Source: Syntrophales bacterium
GTDB lineage: Bacteria; Desulfobacterota; Syntrophia; Syntrophales; UBA2210
Assembly (NCBI GenBank): GCA_963666365.2
Contig: CAXXNF010000001.1
Coordinates: 736,001-800,000 of the forward strand
Direction of reading: 5' to 3'
DNA: 64,000 bases
The notes beneath the pieces are model-generated. The model was given only the letters and a program-made list of their open reading frames with translations, had not been told where the DNA came from and did not search any database. Of the stretch, positions 37,737 to 47,375 are shown piece by piece (the first letter of the stretch is position 1; each line of letters starts with the position of its first letter). The translations under genes and the position numbers were made by a program.

Positions 37737-40136
37737 ATGGAGCGCATGCGCACCTGTGTCGCCGTGTCCATGGTGCTTGTTTTTATTGGAGTGTCCGCCC
37801 CTTTTCCCGCCAGGACTCTCGCTTCACCGAATAAAGACCTGTCGGTCTGCCCGCACTATTACATTGAACTTTTCGAGGGTCTCCTGTCGCTGAATGTACG
37901 AGAGGCCGATCCTGTATGCCTGTTGAAGGCAATCGCCGGCGAGACCGGCATCGATCTTTCTATCGATCCCGCTCTCAAGGGCACGGTGACGCTCAGGGCC
38001 GAAAAAGAGCCCCTGGAAAGGGTGTTACAGAAAATCTGCGCAAACCGGGCAGTGGTGTTTTCATACGACAAAGAAAACAATCGCTATTCCATCGTCCGTC
38101 TCGGCGCCTTCGTCTCGGAAGAACCGGCAAAGACGGACGGCGACATTCACGCACCACGGCATGAAGCGACTGAAGACCGGCAGCCTGAGGGGGCCTCGCC
38201 TCCCTCTCACGCCGCCTCCGCGACCGGCGGCATCGATGGTGACGCGAGGGTCGGTCCCGCACTGTCATCGCTCCCGTCCGATCTCGACCGTAAAGGACGC
38301 CCCCGTTACAAAGAGCGGGAGCTGTTGATCCGGTTCAAGGAGGGGACATCAAGGGAACACATCGAGGCGCTCACGCAATCGCTGCAGGTCATTTCGGCAA
38401 AAAAAATATATCGTGGGAAATTTTACAAGGTGGTGCTCCCCCGGCACATTGCTGAAGCACAGGCGATCGAACGCTGCGAGAAGTCCGGCATTGTCGATAT
38501 GGTCGAGCGAAACGCCCTGCGCTACCCCCTGACGACCGCCCCAAACGATCCCCGCTACGCTGAACAGTGGGCCCTGCCGATGATCTCTCTTCCCGAGGCT
38601 TGGGACGTTACGCAGGGAAATTCCTCTATTGTGGTCGCATTGATCGATACGGGGGTGGATTACCTGCACCCCGATCTGTCGCACTGCATCTGGATCAATG
38701 ACGCAGAGGCGACGGGCATCGCCGGTGTCGATGACGACGGAAACGGCTTCGTCGATGATATTCGGGGATGGGATTTTGCGGGAACGGAATCGGCGATAGA
38801 CGACTCCGATGCCGACCCCATGGACGGTTCCGATCACGGCACCCACATGGCGGGCATCGTTGCCGCCGCGGCCGATAACGGCATCGGCATATGCGGTGTG
38901 GCGCCCGGGGTGCGCATCATGCCGTTGAAAGTGCTTGCCGACAAGAGCGGCTACATGGCCGCAGATGACATCATAGAGGCCCTTGCCTACGCCGCCGATA
39001 TGGGGGTGCACATTGTTAATTGCAGTTTCGGAGGGGACGAATCACGAAGCGAGTACCATGCCTTTTCCGATCTGGGACAGGCAGGAATTTTAGCCGTATG
39101 CGCAGCAGGCAACGAAGGTCCCTACTATGCCACGAACCCCGTCTATCCCGCAGGCTATGACCTGGACAATATCATTTCGGTGGCGGCGTCGAAACGTGAC
39201 GACACCCTTGCCTCTTATTCCTGCTACGGTCTGCCCCATGTCGATCTGATGGCGCCCGGAGACCACATACTTTCCACCGTGCCCAGCACCCTGGGCTATA
39301 CCGAGGCGTCCATCACCGTCGGGACCTCTCCCGAGTCATCATCCTACGAGGCCGCCGCCCTTGAATATGCCGGGACCACCGATGAGGCGGGCATAACGGC
39401 GCCTCTCTATTTCTGCGGCAAAGGCAATGCAGCGGATTTCCCCCCGGTGGCGGGCGCCTTTATCGCGCTCATTGAGCGGGGAGATCTCTACTTTTATGAA
39501 AAAACCTCCCATGCCCTGGATCACGGCGCGGTGGCGGTGATCATCTACAACGATAAAACCGACGCCTTCGACGACTGGACCCTCGATCCTCCCCCCTCGG
39601 GCACACCCTGGCCCCCCGTCGTGGGCACTTCACGGGAGAGCGGATTGGCCGTCAGGGCGGCGCTGGAAAATGCCGCCTCACCGCTTTCGGCAACGGTCTA
39701 CAACATTCCCGTCGACACACCGGTCGGCTACGACACTATGAGCGGCACCTCCATGGCGACGCCCCACGTATCGGGGGTTGCGGCACTTCTCCTGTCGGTG
39801 AAACCGGAGCTCACCTATCAGCAGCTCAAGGCGGCGATCCTCGATACCGTTGACGCCAGTGACACCCTCTCGGACAAACTGGTCGCAGGCGGTCGGTTGA
39901 ATGCCCGCGCCGCCCTCCGTTCCGTGTTCGACACCACCGGCGATGTGTCCGGAAACAATGTACAGGGACTGGAGGATGCCATACTGGCGCTTCAGATAGT
40001 GACAGGGGTCGTCCCCGCGGATATACGCACCACCTACGTCAATTCTGAAGACGACATCGGCGGAAACGGCGTCATCGGCCTGGAAGAGGCGGTGTACATC
40101 CTTCAGAAAATAGCGAATACCACCACTCATCATTGA
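37737..40136 (+). CDS. Exported S8 subtilase with an N-terminal STN/secretin-N0-like domain, PA domain and C-terminal dockerin-like motif (start uncertain, 37659-37746)
   Basis: Catalytic motifs VALIDTG (D), HGTHMAG (H), AAGN (N), SGTSMATPHV (S); PA domain IALIERG..GAVAVIIYN; tail GDVSGNNVQGLEDAILALQ..DIGGNGVIGLEEAVYILQ. Confidence 0.92.
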   Translation: MERMRTCVAVSMVLVFIGVSAPFPARTLASPNKDLSVCPHYYIELFEGLLSLNVREADPVCLLKAIAGETGIDLSIDPALKGTVTLRAEKEPLERVLQKICANRAVVFSYDKENNRYSIVRLGAFVSEEPAKTDGDIHAPRHEATEDRQPEGASPPSHAASATGGIDGDARVGPALSSLPSDLDRKGRPRYKERELLIRFKEGTSREHIEALTQSLQVISAKKIYRGKFYKVVLPRHIAEAQAIERCEKSGIVDMVERNALRYPLTTAPNDPRYAEQWALPMISLPEAWDVTQGNSSIVVALIDTGVDYLHPDLSHCIWINDAEATGIAGVDDDGNGFVDDIRGWDFAGTESAIDDSDADPMDGSDHGTHMAGIVAAAADNGIGICGVAPGVRIMPLKVLADKSGYMAADDIIEALAYAADMGVHIVNCSFGGDESRSEYHAFSDLGQAGILAVCAAGNEGPYYATNPVYPAGYDLDNIISVAASKRDDTLASYSCYGLPHVDLMAPGDHILSTVPSTLGYTEASITVGTSPESSSYEAAALEYAGTTDEAGITAPLYFCGKGNAADFPPVAGAFIALIERGDLYFYEKTSHALDHGAVAVIIYNDKTDAFDDWTLDPPPSGTPWPPVVGTSRESGLAVRAALENAASPLSATVYNIPVDTPVGYDTMSGTSMATPHVSGVAALLLSVKPELTYQQLKAAILDTVDASDTLSDKLVAGGRLNARAALRSVFDTTGDVSGNNVQGLEDAILALQIVTGVVPADIRTTYVNSEDDIGGNGVIGLEEAVYILQKIANTTTHH

Positions 40137-40154
40137 AGTACAGCATGTATCGTT

Positions 40155-40721
40155 TCAGTTTTTTGCCGCTTTGTCCTGCCCTCCCTCCGCGGTATAGGTC
40201 ACCAGTTGTATCAGGACGGACAGATAGCCAATCCCTTCTTTGCTCTGTTTGATGGACAGCCTCTTCACCGCCACCAGATTTGATGGGGATTCAACGCGAT
40301 GAAGGTACTCCACCAACTGGTCCAGCGTGATTTTTTCAAGTTTCATTTCCACCGACGATTCGCGATAGGGCCCTTCGTCCTTTGAAGCGGAGGGCTTCAT
40401 ATAGGTGATGTTTGCTTTAATTCCCGCGTTGCCCGCCTCTTTTTCAAGAAAGGAAAAAAGCGTAAATTCCTTTGTCCTTTGGGCAAGGGCTCTCTGTATC
40501 TGCCCCGAATCGGTCTTCAGGGAGCGGTACTGGGCGGCCAGAAGCGAGAGTTCTTTCAGATTTTTCTCACTCTGGACAATGGAATGCTTCACCCGGTCAC
40601 GGGCGTCAAAAAAAGGGAAAAGAATGAACTGCACCACCACAAAGACAACAATCGCCGCAATGCCGGCCATGAGAGAGTAACGCTCCCGCTTGTTCAATTT
40701 CAGTTTTATGCCCATCTTCAT
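40155..40721 (-). CDS. gspM: Type II secretion protein GspM
   Basis: LNKRER followed by a TM and coiled coil, then VEMKLEKITLDQLVEYL; ATGA overlap with gspL. Confidence 0.85.
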   Translation of the reverse strand: MKMGIKLKLNKRERYSLMAGIAAIVVFVVVQFILFPFFDARDRVKHSIVQSEKNLKELSLLAAQYRSLKTDSGQIQRALAQRTKEFTLFSFLEKEAGNAGIKANITYMKPSASKDEGPYRESSVEMKLEKITLDQLVEYLHRVESPSNLVAVKRLSIKQSKEGIGYLSVLIQLVTYTAEGGQDKAAKN

Positions 40722-42250
40722 TGTGCCGGCTCCATCTTGAGATCGAAACTCACCCGTCCGCCCGTTTTCATAAGTTTGGCCGAGCTGATCGTCACGCTCT
40801 TAAAGGCGCGCCCCTTATCCAGGGCACTCTTTATCGAATCAACTGTATTGAAATTGTCCGTTTCTCCTTTAATCCGGATCCCATCTTCGTCATAGGTTAA
40901 ACTTGTGACAAGAAAATCCACCGATTCAGGCACAAGCCGGGACATATCTCTCAGCAGTGAAAGCACCATCGCCTCTGCGCTGAACGTCCCCCGGCCACCC
41001 CCGGCCTTTCGTACCTCGTCGATTTTGTTTTTCATTTGCTGGATCGGATCGACTACCCGCGTCACCCCGGGGAGGGTGGTCGTGAACACGGTCCTGATCT
41101 CCTCTTTGGCTTCTTCAAGTTGTTGCAGATCGTACCGGTAATCGAGATAGAAATTCGCACAGAGCAACACCAGTATCACCGCAGCAAGCGATCCCGCCCA
41201 GGTCAGTTCCCTTCGGATCCACTCGTAGGCGCCTCCGGCATCGGCGCCTTCCGGCAGGAAATTAAAACCGGCGCTCCCCCTCGCTTCTCTAATCGCCATG
41301 GCCAAGGCCTGGTTCATCAGGAGTGGTTCCCATGGCCTCTCCAGGGCTTGTTTAACCTGGACGGCGCTTTTTTCAGCAATATCGAAATCGTATACGGGCA
41401 CATCGAGCGTTCCCTCGATCTCCTCGCGAAGGGGTTGAAAGAGGGCGCCGCCGCCGGTCACATAGACCAGCGAAAGAGGCCCTTCCAGGTCTCCCCGGAA
41501 TGAAAGGAGCTGTATGGTCTCTTTCACCTGGCGGGAAAAATTTTTTGTGAGGACCCGCACCTCCTCACGACAGCCTTCGATGTCCCCTGCTCTTTTTTTT
41601 TGCTCAGCCTCGAGGGGATCGATGTCGAGCGCCCGGGCCATCGTTTCTGTCACCCGATCCCCCCCGAAGGGGAACGTACGAATATGGGCGATGCGCTTTT
41701 CAAACAAAATGATGCACTCTGTCTGTAAGGCCCCGATATCGAGAAGAACCGCACACTCCTCTCCTCCATCGGCAGCGATAAGCCAGGCGGCCACCGGCGT
41801 CACACCCGCATCGACGGCGATGATATCGCCTGATAAACCTGATAAAAGCCTCATCCTCTCATCAACCACGCTGCGGGGGACAGCCCCGGCCAGAAGACCG
41901 GATCCGCCCGAAGCGTCAGCGGTCAGATAGTCCACAACGGCGCTATCCACAGGAAAAGGAACCGATTGCTCCAGTTCGAAAGGAAGGGTCTGACGAATTT
42001 TTTTTCTGTCCCTAAAGGGAAGGTACACCGTTCGAAACGAACACTGCCTGAGCGGAAGGGCGGTTACCAGATCGCTTCCGTGAAACCCCTCCCGTTGCAA
42101 CACCGCTGCAAGCGCCCCTTCAACTCCTCCCGCATCGTCAATATCAACCATCACGGCATCGACGATCTGGTATCCCTTCAGTCCGGCCGATACCGAAACC
42201 GCCTTGACGGATCGTTCACTAATATCAATTCCTGTTATTTTTTCCGGCAT
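40718..42250 (-). CDS. gspL: Type II secretion protein GspL (PilM-like actin fold fused to a PilN-like domain)
   Basis: GIDISERSVKAV, LPFELEQSVPF, LLDIGA, PFGGDRVT, VYVTGGGA, TM, IKGETDNFNTVD. Confidence 0.88.
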   Translation of the reverse strand: MPEKITGIDISERSVKAVSVSAGLKGYQIVDAVMVDIDDAGGVEGALAAVLQREGFHGSDLVTALPLRQCSFRTVYLPFRDRKKIRQTLPFELEQSVPFPVDSAVVDYLTADASGGSGLLAGAVPRSVVDERMRLLSGLSGDIIAVDAGVTPVAAWLIAADGGEECAVLLDIGALQTECIILFEKRIAHIRTFPFGGDRVTETMARALDIDPLEAEQKKRAGDIEGCREEVRVLTKNFSRQVKETIQLLSFRGDLEGPLSLVYVTGGGALFQPLREEIEGTLDVPVYDFDIAEKSAVQVKQALERPWEPLLMNQALAMAIREARGSAGFNFLPEGADAGGAYEWIRRELTWAGSLAAVILVLLCANFYLDYRYDLQQLEEAKEEIRTVFTTTLPGVTRVVDPIQQMKNKIDEVRKAGGGRGTFSAEAMVLSLLRDMSRLVPESVDFLVTSLTYDEDGIRIKGETDNFNTVDSIKSALDKGRAFKSVTISSAKLMKTGGRVSFDLKMEPAQ

Positions 42251-42273
42251 TCCGCTCTTTTCTCTCTCTGTTG

Positions 42274-43260
42274 TCAGTTGACCTTCCACATTGATATCAC
42301 TGGCATTTTACCCGCAGACTCCCCTCGTTCCACTATTGCCGTAATCGTGCGCATCATGTTCCCCCTTCGACCCGTCGACTGAATCTCGAAGACGCTGCTT
42401 TTTACCGAGAGTACATCAGGGTCGATGTGGATATCGGTCATACCGGTAATGTTTTTATACCATGAGGGGTTCGACAGTTCACCTTTATTATCTTCACTCC
42501 TTCGGTATGCGTCCATGTCAAGGGCCATTTCATCGGTGATCTCTCCCGACATCGCCCTTAACACCGGCAGAGGCGCCGTATTGATATTAATTTTACCGGT
42601 TCCGAACACGGACAGATAGGGCGCAATTCCCATCCGGCCTTCGACGCCGTAGAGGATTCCTCGCGTAATCCCCTTGACCATCAGCAGTTCATCCACGCAA
42701 TCCAGGGGGGCGTTTTTGCAGGCATAGGGAGTATCAAGTCCCTTGTACCAGTTGTTCTCAGCGCCGAATCCGGTAATTTCGTCATCGCCGTCGATCCAGT
42801 CTTTGATCGCATCCACGATATCGTTGGCCGCCTCCTCGTTCAGGCCGAAGTCGGGCAACGTGAGCAACCGGATAAAGATTTCCCGTATGCTGTCGTTAAA
42901 ATTATTCTCCACCGTCAGCTTGTTGACCGGTATCTTACCCGATTCGTCTGAGATCTTCAGCTCAAAAAAACCGCTGTCAAAGAGAGATTCCGACTGCAGG
43001 CTCAATTCCTGTGCTTTCGCCCAGTCATCGAGAAAGGAATCCACCAAGGCATCATCCTCTTTCAGCGCGCTCCGCCCTATATAGACTCCTGATTTGGCAA
43101 CATATTGAAGGGTCACGCCGTCGCGAATGTTGGCGGCCTCATAGACCTGCAATCGCGAAGCCCGGTTGAGTTCCAGTGTAATCGCCACAATCAGGGCGAC
43201 AATACACATCACCAGAATCAGGGCGATACCCCTTTCTCTTTTCTTCAGAGGCTTTACCAT
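42274..43260 (-). CDS. gspK: Type II secretion minor pseudopilin GspK
   Basis: ERGIALILV prepilin site, DESGKIPVN, AIKDWIDGD, ELLMVKGIT, KININTA. Confidence 0.93.
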   Translation of the reverse strand: MVKPLKKRERGIALILVMCIVALIVAITLELNRASRLQVYEAANIRDGVTLQYVAKSGVYIGRSALKEDDALVDSFLDDWAKAQELSLQSESLFDSGFFELKISDESGKIPVNKLTVENNFNDSIREIFIRLLTLPDFGLNEEAANDIVDAIKDWIDGDDEITGFGAENNWYKGLDTPYACKNAPLDCVDELLMVKGITRGILYGVEGRMGIAPYLSVFGTGKININTAPLPVLRAMSGEITDEMALDMDAYRRSEDNKGELSNPSWYKNITGMTDIHIDPDVLSVKSSVFEIQSTGRRGNMMRTITAIVERGESAGKMPVISMWKVN

Positions 43261-43458
43261 ACGTGCTCCCGCTGAACGGTGGAGTGCTTCCCCGAAGGGT
43301 TCAAATCCGCCCGGCCCCTATTATCAGGGCCCGTACAGGCTCCCTATGCCGCAGTCACCCCTGCCCGTGCGTCCTGGATGCATCAGATCGGGGGAGGATC
43401 GGATGTTAGATGGAAGCAATATATCATATTTGTCCACACTGCAGCAACATCGTCAACT

Positions 43459-43485
43459 CCTCAGGGAGCACAGGCCTCCCTGAGG
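43459..43485. promoter_or_regulatory. Perfect 10-bp inverted repeat between divergent gspK and PEPCK-like genes
   Basis: CCTCAGGGAG-CACAGGC-CTCCCTGAGG; function unknown. Confidence 0.35.
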
Positions 43486-43624
43486 GACGGCATTTTTTCA
43501 TTGAAAGGATCATTTTTTTAAATCGGGCCTTACCATTATGAAAATGATGATTATTTTATAGTCATGCGCCAAGAAAGGTTATGGCTTGAATTTTGGCCTG
43601 ATCCCCATCGCAAGGAGAACGTGC

Positions 43625-45298
43625 ATGACAAATTATTTTAAGAAGGCAGTCCTGAAGATTTATGACGACGCCAAAAAGGAAGGGCGACTGATCGAAGGGA
43701 AATCACTCTACGAACTCAAGGAAATCGCCCTGCGGCAGGAAGGGGTGATTCAGACCAACCTCGGATCCGTTGCCGCCGATTCCGAGCCGATGTCCCGTTC
43801 GGCCCCCCATACGAAAAACAACGTGGACGATATTTTCGGTGAAGAGGAAGAGGCGCTGGCGGCAAAGGCGATAGACTACCTGTCCCGGGAAAAGATCGTT
43901 TCCCTCGACACAATCGTCGGCGACGGCCGGGACGGGATCACGGCCCGGTTTATCATGCCCGTTGCCTATACGCAACTCGCCTACGGATTGAAGCTCCTTT
44001 TCGAGGATACACCGGCGGCGCGGGTCGTGGAAAATCCGACCTACACGATACTCTACTTTACCGACGAATCCTTCGAGTCGAACAAGTTCAAGAAGCTGCT
44101 CGACAAGGACATAGAGGTCCGGCTCTGGATGGGGGATGCCCGGGGGGAACAGGTCAAGATCTGTCGCAACACCATCTATCTCGGGGAGGCAAAAAAAGGG
44201 GTGTTTCAGTTCGAGGGCTGGCGGGTCAAGAAGATCGATCGCCAAGGCATCTTTCTCCACTGTGGTGCGAGAAGGGATCACCTCTGGATCTACGATCTCG
44301 AATCGGAACGACCCGAACTGCTTGAGCGCGTTACCGGCGTCTCCGGACTGACGGCCACGGGAAAGACCACCACGCTCTGCCGGAGGCTGGCGAAACTCCC
44401 CAGGGAAACGTCGGAAATGCTCGGCGACGACGGAGGAACTATCGGCATGGACGGCAGTTATGCCGCTTTTGAACAGGGAGGGGTGTACATCAAAACGGAA
44501 GGGCTTGACGAGAGCCAGCCGGAGATTCTCAGAGCAGCGCTCTCCGCCGACGCGTTCCTCGAAAATGTCGCCATTTCTCGGTATCCCTACACGCCCGATT
44601 TCAAGGACACCAGCAAGACGGGAAACGGCCGCGCCGTGGTGCGGCGTGATCATCTGGGCATTGCCAGCAAGGGTCTGCGTGCCGACCGGCTTGATTATAT
44701 TATCATCCTTACGCGCAATCCCCTTGCCAATGTGATATCGAAACTCACGCCGGAGCAGGCGACGATGCAGTTCATTTACGGCGAGTCCATAGAAAGCACC
44801 GGCGGGAACCCCGATGAGGCGGGGAAATTCAAGCGTGCCGTCTTCCTCGATCCCTTTCTTGTCGGCGACAGGCTGGAGCATGCCATGCTGTTTTACGAAA
44901 TAATCAAGAGAAACCGCATCAAGTGCTACCTGTCCAACACGGGAACGATCGGCGAAGAGGACATGAAAGTATCTCTGCGACAATCACTCGCGTCCTACAG
45001 CGATATACTGCGGGTGCAGCTCCGTTTCGGTTCCGATCCCGATCATCTGGGGTACCATTATCCGATCAAGAGCGACCGGGCCAATATGGACCTGATGAAC
45101 GCCTATCCCAGGTTCGCCGACAAAGGATCGCTTACCCGCAAGGTCGTCGATTTCCTGAGAGGCCGGCGGATCTTCCTGGAGGAGTTTGAATCGAAGTGGG
45201 GTCCCATTCCCGAAAACATACGGGAATCGCTTCCCTACCACGACGACCAGATAGACATCTCCTACCTGGAAAAAGAGTATCTCGGCTATATAGAGTAA
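43625..45298 (+). CDS. Phosphoenolpyruvate carboxykinase (ATP)-like protein
   Basis: YLGEAKKG, FLHCGA, P-loop SGLTATGKTT, LGDDG, FEQGGVYIKT, LENV, TGNGRA. Confidence 0.8.
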   Translation: MTNYFKKAVLKIYDDAKKEGRLIEGKSLYELKEIALRQEGVIQTNLGSVAADSEPMSRSAPHTKNNVDDIFGEEEEALAAKAIDYLSREKIVSLDTIVGDGRDGITARFIMPVAYTQLAYGLKLLFEDTPAARVVENPTYTILYFTDESFESNKFKKLLDKDIEVRLWMGDARGEQVKICRNTIYLGEAKKGVFQFEGWRVKKIDRQGIFLHCGARRDHLWIYDLESERPELLERVTGVSGLTATGKTTTLCRRLAKLPRETSEMLGDDGGTIGMDGSYAAFEQGGVYIKTEGLDESQPEILRAALSADAFLENVAISRYPYTPDFKDTSKTGNGRAVVRRDHLGIASKGLRADRLDYIIILTRNPLANVISKLTPEQATMQFIYGESIESTGGNPDEAGKFKRAVFLDPFLVGDRLEHAMLFYEIIKRNRIKCYLSNTGTIGEEDMKVSLRQSLASYSDILRVQLRFGSDPDHLGYHYPIKSDRANMDLMNAYPRFADKGSLTRKVVDFLRGRRIFLEEFESKWGPIPENIRESLPYHDDQIDISYLEKEYLGYIE

Positions 45299-45302
45299 CC
45301 GC

Positions 45303-45336
45303 AAGGGGGGAGGATTGTGCGCCCTCTCCCCTTTTT
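45303..45336 (+). terminator. Probable intrinsic terminator after the PEPCK-like gene
   Basis: AAGGGGGGAGG-loop-CCTCTCCCCTT followed by Ts. Confidence 0.5.
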
Positions 45337-45400
45337 CAACTCTTGCCGCTTTCCTTCATATATGCTACACATCTCGGCAGATGCGTTTCGGGAGGTCATC

Positions 45401-45820
45401 GTGAAGTCCTATCGCAAAGAACTCTGGTTTAATGTCCCCTCACGTCGGGGATTCATCAACATCACGCCGCAGGTCGACGAATGCCTGAGCGAAAGCGGAA
45501 TCAGCGAAGGACTGGCACTTGTCAATACGATGCATATTACCGCATCCGTCTTCATCAATGATGATGAACCGGGCCTGCATCGGGATTACGAGCGATGGCT
45601 GGAGACGCTTGCTCCTCACGAACCGCTGTCGCAGTATCAGCACAATCGCACCGGAGAAGACAACGGCGACGCTCATCTGAAACGGCAGGTCATGGGTAGA
45701 GAGGTGGTTGTGGCGGTAACGGAGGGAAGGCTTGATTTCGGCCCCTGGGAGCAAATATTCTATGGCGAGTTCGATGGAAGAAGACGAAAACGGGTGCTGG
45801 TGAAAATAATCGGAGAATAA
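45401..45820 (+). CDS. yjbQ: YjbQ/UPF0047 family protein
   Basis: [40 protein letters not shown] start behind GGAGG. Confidence 0.92.
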   Translation: MKSYRKELWFNVPSRRGFINITPQVDECLSESGISEGLALVNTMHITASVFINDDEPGLHRDYERWLETLAPHEPLSQYQHNRTGEDNGDAHLKRQVMGREVVVAVTEGRLDFGPWEQIFYGEFDGRRRKRVLVKIIGE

Positions 45821-45855
45821 CATTTCGGATTCCGGGGCAGTATGAAAGAGGATGT

Positions 45856-46224
45856 ATGATGGCGGCTAAAATAGTCCTTGTCGTTGAAGACGACATGATC
45901 AACAGAAGACTGATCAAAAAAATTCTCCAGCCGCTTCAGTGTACCGTCATTGAAGCGGAGAATGCCGAGGAAGGCATCGCACTGGCGAGGGAACAGGTAC
46001 CGGACCTTATTCTTATGGATATCGTGATGCCCGGCATGGACGGCTGGACTGCGGCGACCATACTCAAAGAAAATCCGGCATTGCGCGACATCCCCCTCTA
46101 TGCCCTCTCCGGCTATTCCGCCGATGAACTCGAGGAGAAAGTAAAGGAAACAGGCTGCACCGGCTTTATCACAAAACCCTTCAACATCCAGACATTCAGG
46201 GAAATCGTCTCACAGCACCTTTAG
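45856..46224 (+). CDS. Single-domain response regulator (DivK/CheY-like)
   Basis: VLVVEDD, PDLILMDIVMPGMDG, FITKPF. Confidence 0.92.
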   Translation: MMAAKIVLVVEDDMINRRLIKKILQPLQCTVIEAENAEEGIALAREQVPDLILMDIVMPGMDGWTAATILKENPALRDIPLYALSGYSADELEEKVKETGCTGFITKPFNIQTFREIVSQHL

Positions 46225-47355
46225 TTATTCCATAAGGAAGGGATGGGGCAGAAGCGATGAGATCATTACGGTGGTGTACCCCCCATTCCCATTGTCGAGC
46301 ACGGCCAGCGTTTCCCGGCCGAATTCATAGAGAAGCTGTCGTTCGTCCGCGGCCGGTACGCCGATTTTGTCGCCGGGGAGATGGCAGAGAACAGCCTTGA
46401 AATGGGTTTCGCCTTCCGAAACGGCCTTGCAGACGGCCACCTTCACGGCGCTCGTCGTATAACTGAAAAGCGCGCTTTCAACATTGCAGCCCGTGTAGAT
46501 GTTTCCCGACGCGGTAAGAACCGCGGCACCCACCTGATAGTTCGAATAGGGGGCATAGGCAAGAAAGGACGCATCCCGCGCCTTTCTGTGCATCCGGTCG
46601 ATTTCTTCCTGCGAAAGTTCTGTCACAAACCACTTCCGATACATGCGGTCATAGGCGCCGTCGCCGGTGATTCTGCGCATTCCCTCGTTCACGACGGCAA
46701 GAAGCTCGGAATCATGGGCTCTGACGACATGGTATATCGAGGACACCAGAAGCGGCGTGCTCACCGGAAATATGCCGGTCAGATTGTGGCGGTCGATATT
46801 AAAAAAGGCGGTTTTTTCGGAACCGGCGAAGGCGTCGGCCTCACCCCGTGCGACGGCGATCAGTGCATCCGCCTCCGTTTCGTACAATACGGGGGTTACT
46901 CCTCGTTTCTCCAGGATTTTTTGATAGAGTGATCCCCGCTGCGTGGCAACGGTTTTTGTAGTGTTTTTCAGATCGTTGAGAGACCGCACATCCCCTTTCT
47001 TCGTTGAAAAGAGCGTGGTTTTGAAATCACACAGCGGTATATCGGGAAAGGCAAACAGCGCTGTCCGTTCAGGCGTTTTTGCCATGCCCGAGGTAATGTG
47101 CACATCTCCTTTTTTCAGCGCCTCCTGGACATCGGCCCACTGCATGGGTTGATATCGTATGGTGATTTCTTTCCCCTTTACCACGGCCTGAAGCACCTCC
47201 ACATCAAAGCCGACGGGCGTCCCGTCCTTGACGTAGGTGTGAGGGGGGTAATCCTCATCAAAGGCGTAAATAATTTCCCGACCGGCATCTGCACTTTCAA
47301 TAACAGAGAAAAAAAACAGGCCGACCAAAAAGAACAGCGGAGCGATTTTTTTCAT
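46225..47355 (-). CDS. Family-3 solute-binding protein fused to a degenerate cytidine-deaminase-like domain
   Basis: Signal peptide; DEDYPP, GFDVEV, ITGDGAYDRMYRKW; then AYAPYSNYQVGAAVL..YTGCNVE..LLPHPF. Confidence 0.88.
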   Translation of the reverse strand: MKKIAPLFFLVGLFFFSVIESADAGREIIYAFDEDYPPHTYVKDGTPVGFDVEVLQAVVKGKEITIRYQPMQWADVQEALKKGDVHITSGMAKTPERTALFAFPDIPLCDFKTTLFSTKKGDVRSLNDLKNTTKTVATQRGSLYQKILEKRGVTPVLYETEADALIAVARGEADAFAGSEKTAFFNIDRHNLTGIFPVSTPLLVSSIYHVVRAHDSELLAVVNEGMRRITGDGAYDRMYRKWFVTELSQEEIDRMHRKARDASFLAYAPYSNYQVGAAVLTASGNIYTGCNVESALFSYTTSAVKVAVCKAVSEGETHFKAVLCHLPGDKIGVPAADERQLLYEFGRETLAVLDNGNGGYTTVMISSLLPHPFLME

Positions 47356-47375
47356 TATAGTACCCTTTCCTCAAG

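Noticed and set aside
27286..43260. Type IV pilus assignment (PilB/PilM/PilQ)
   Set aside because: GspC, GspK, GspN and GspG signatures and the absence of PilT favour a T2SS.
43261..43330. Possible tRNA gene (GGTTCAAATCC) or 6S RNA
   Set aside because: There is no pairing T-stem, D-arm, anticodon arm or 5' acceptor strand, and no long closing stem for 6S. Kept only as a weak finding.
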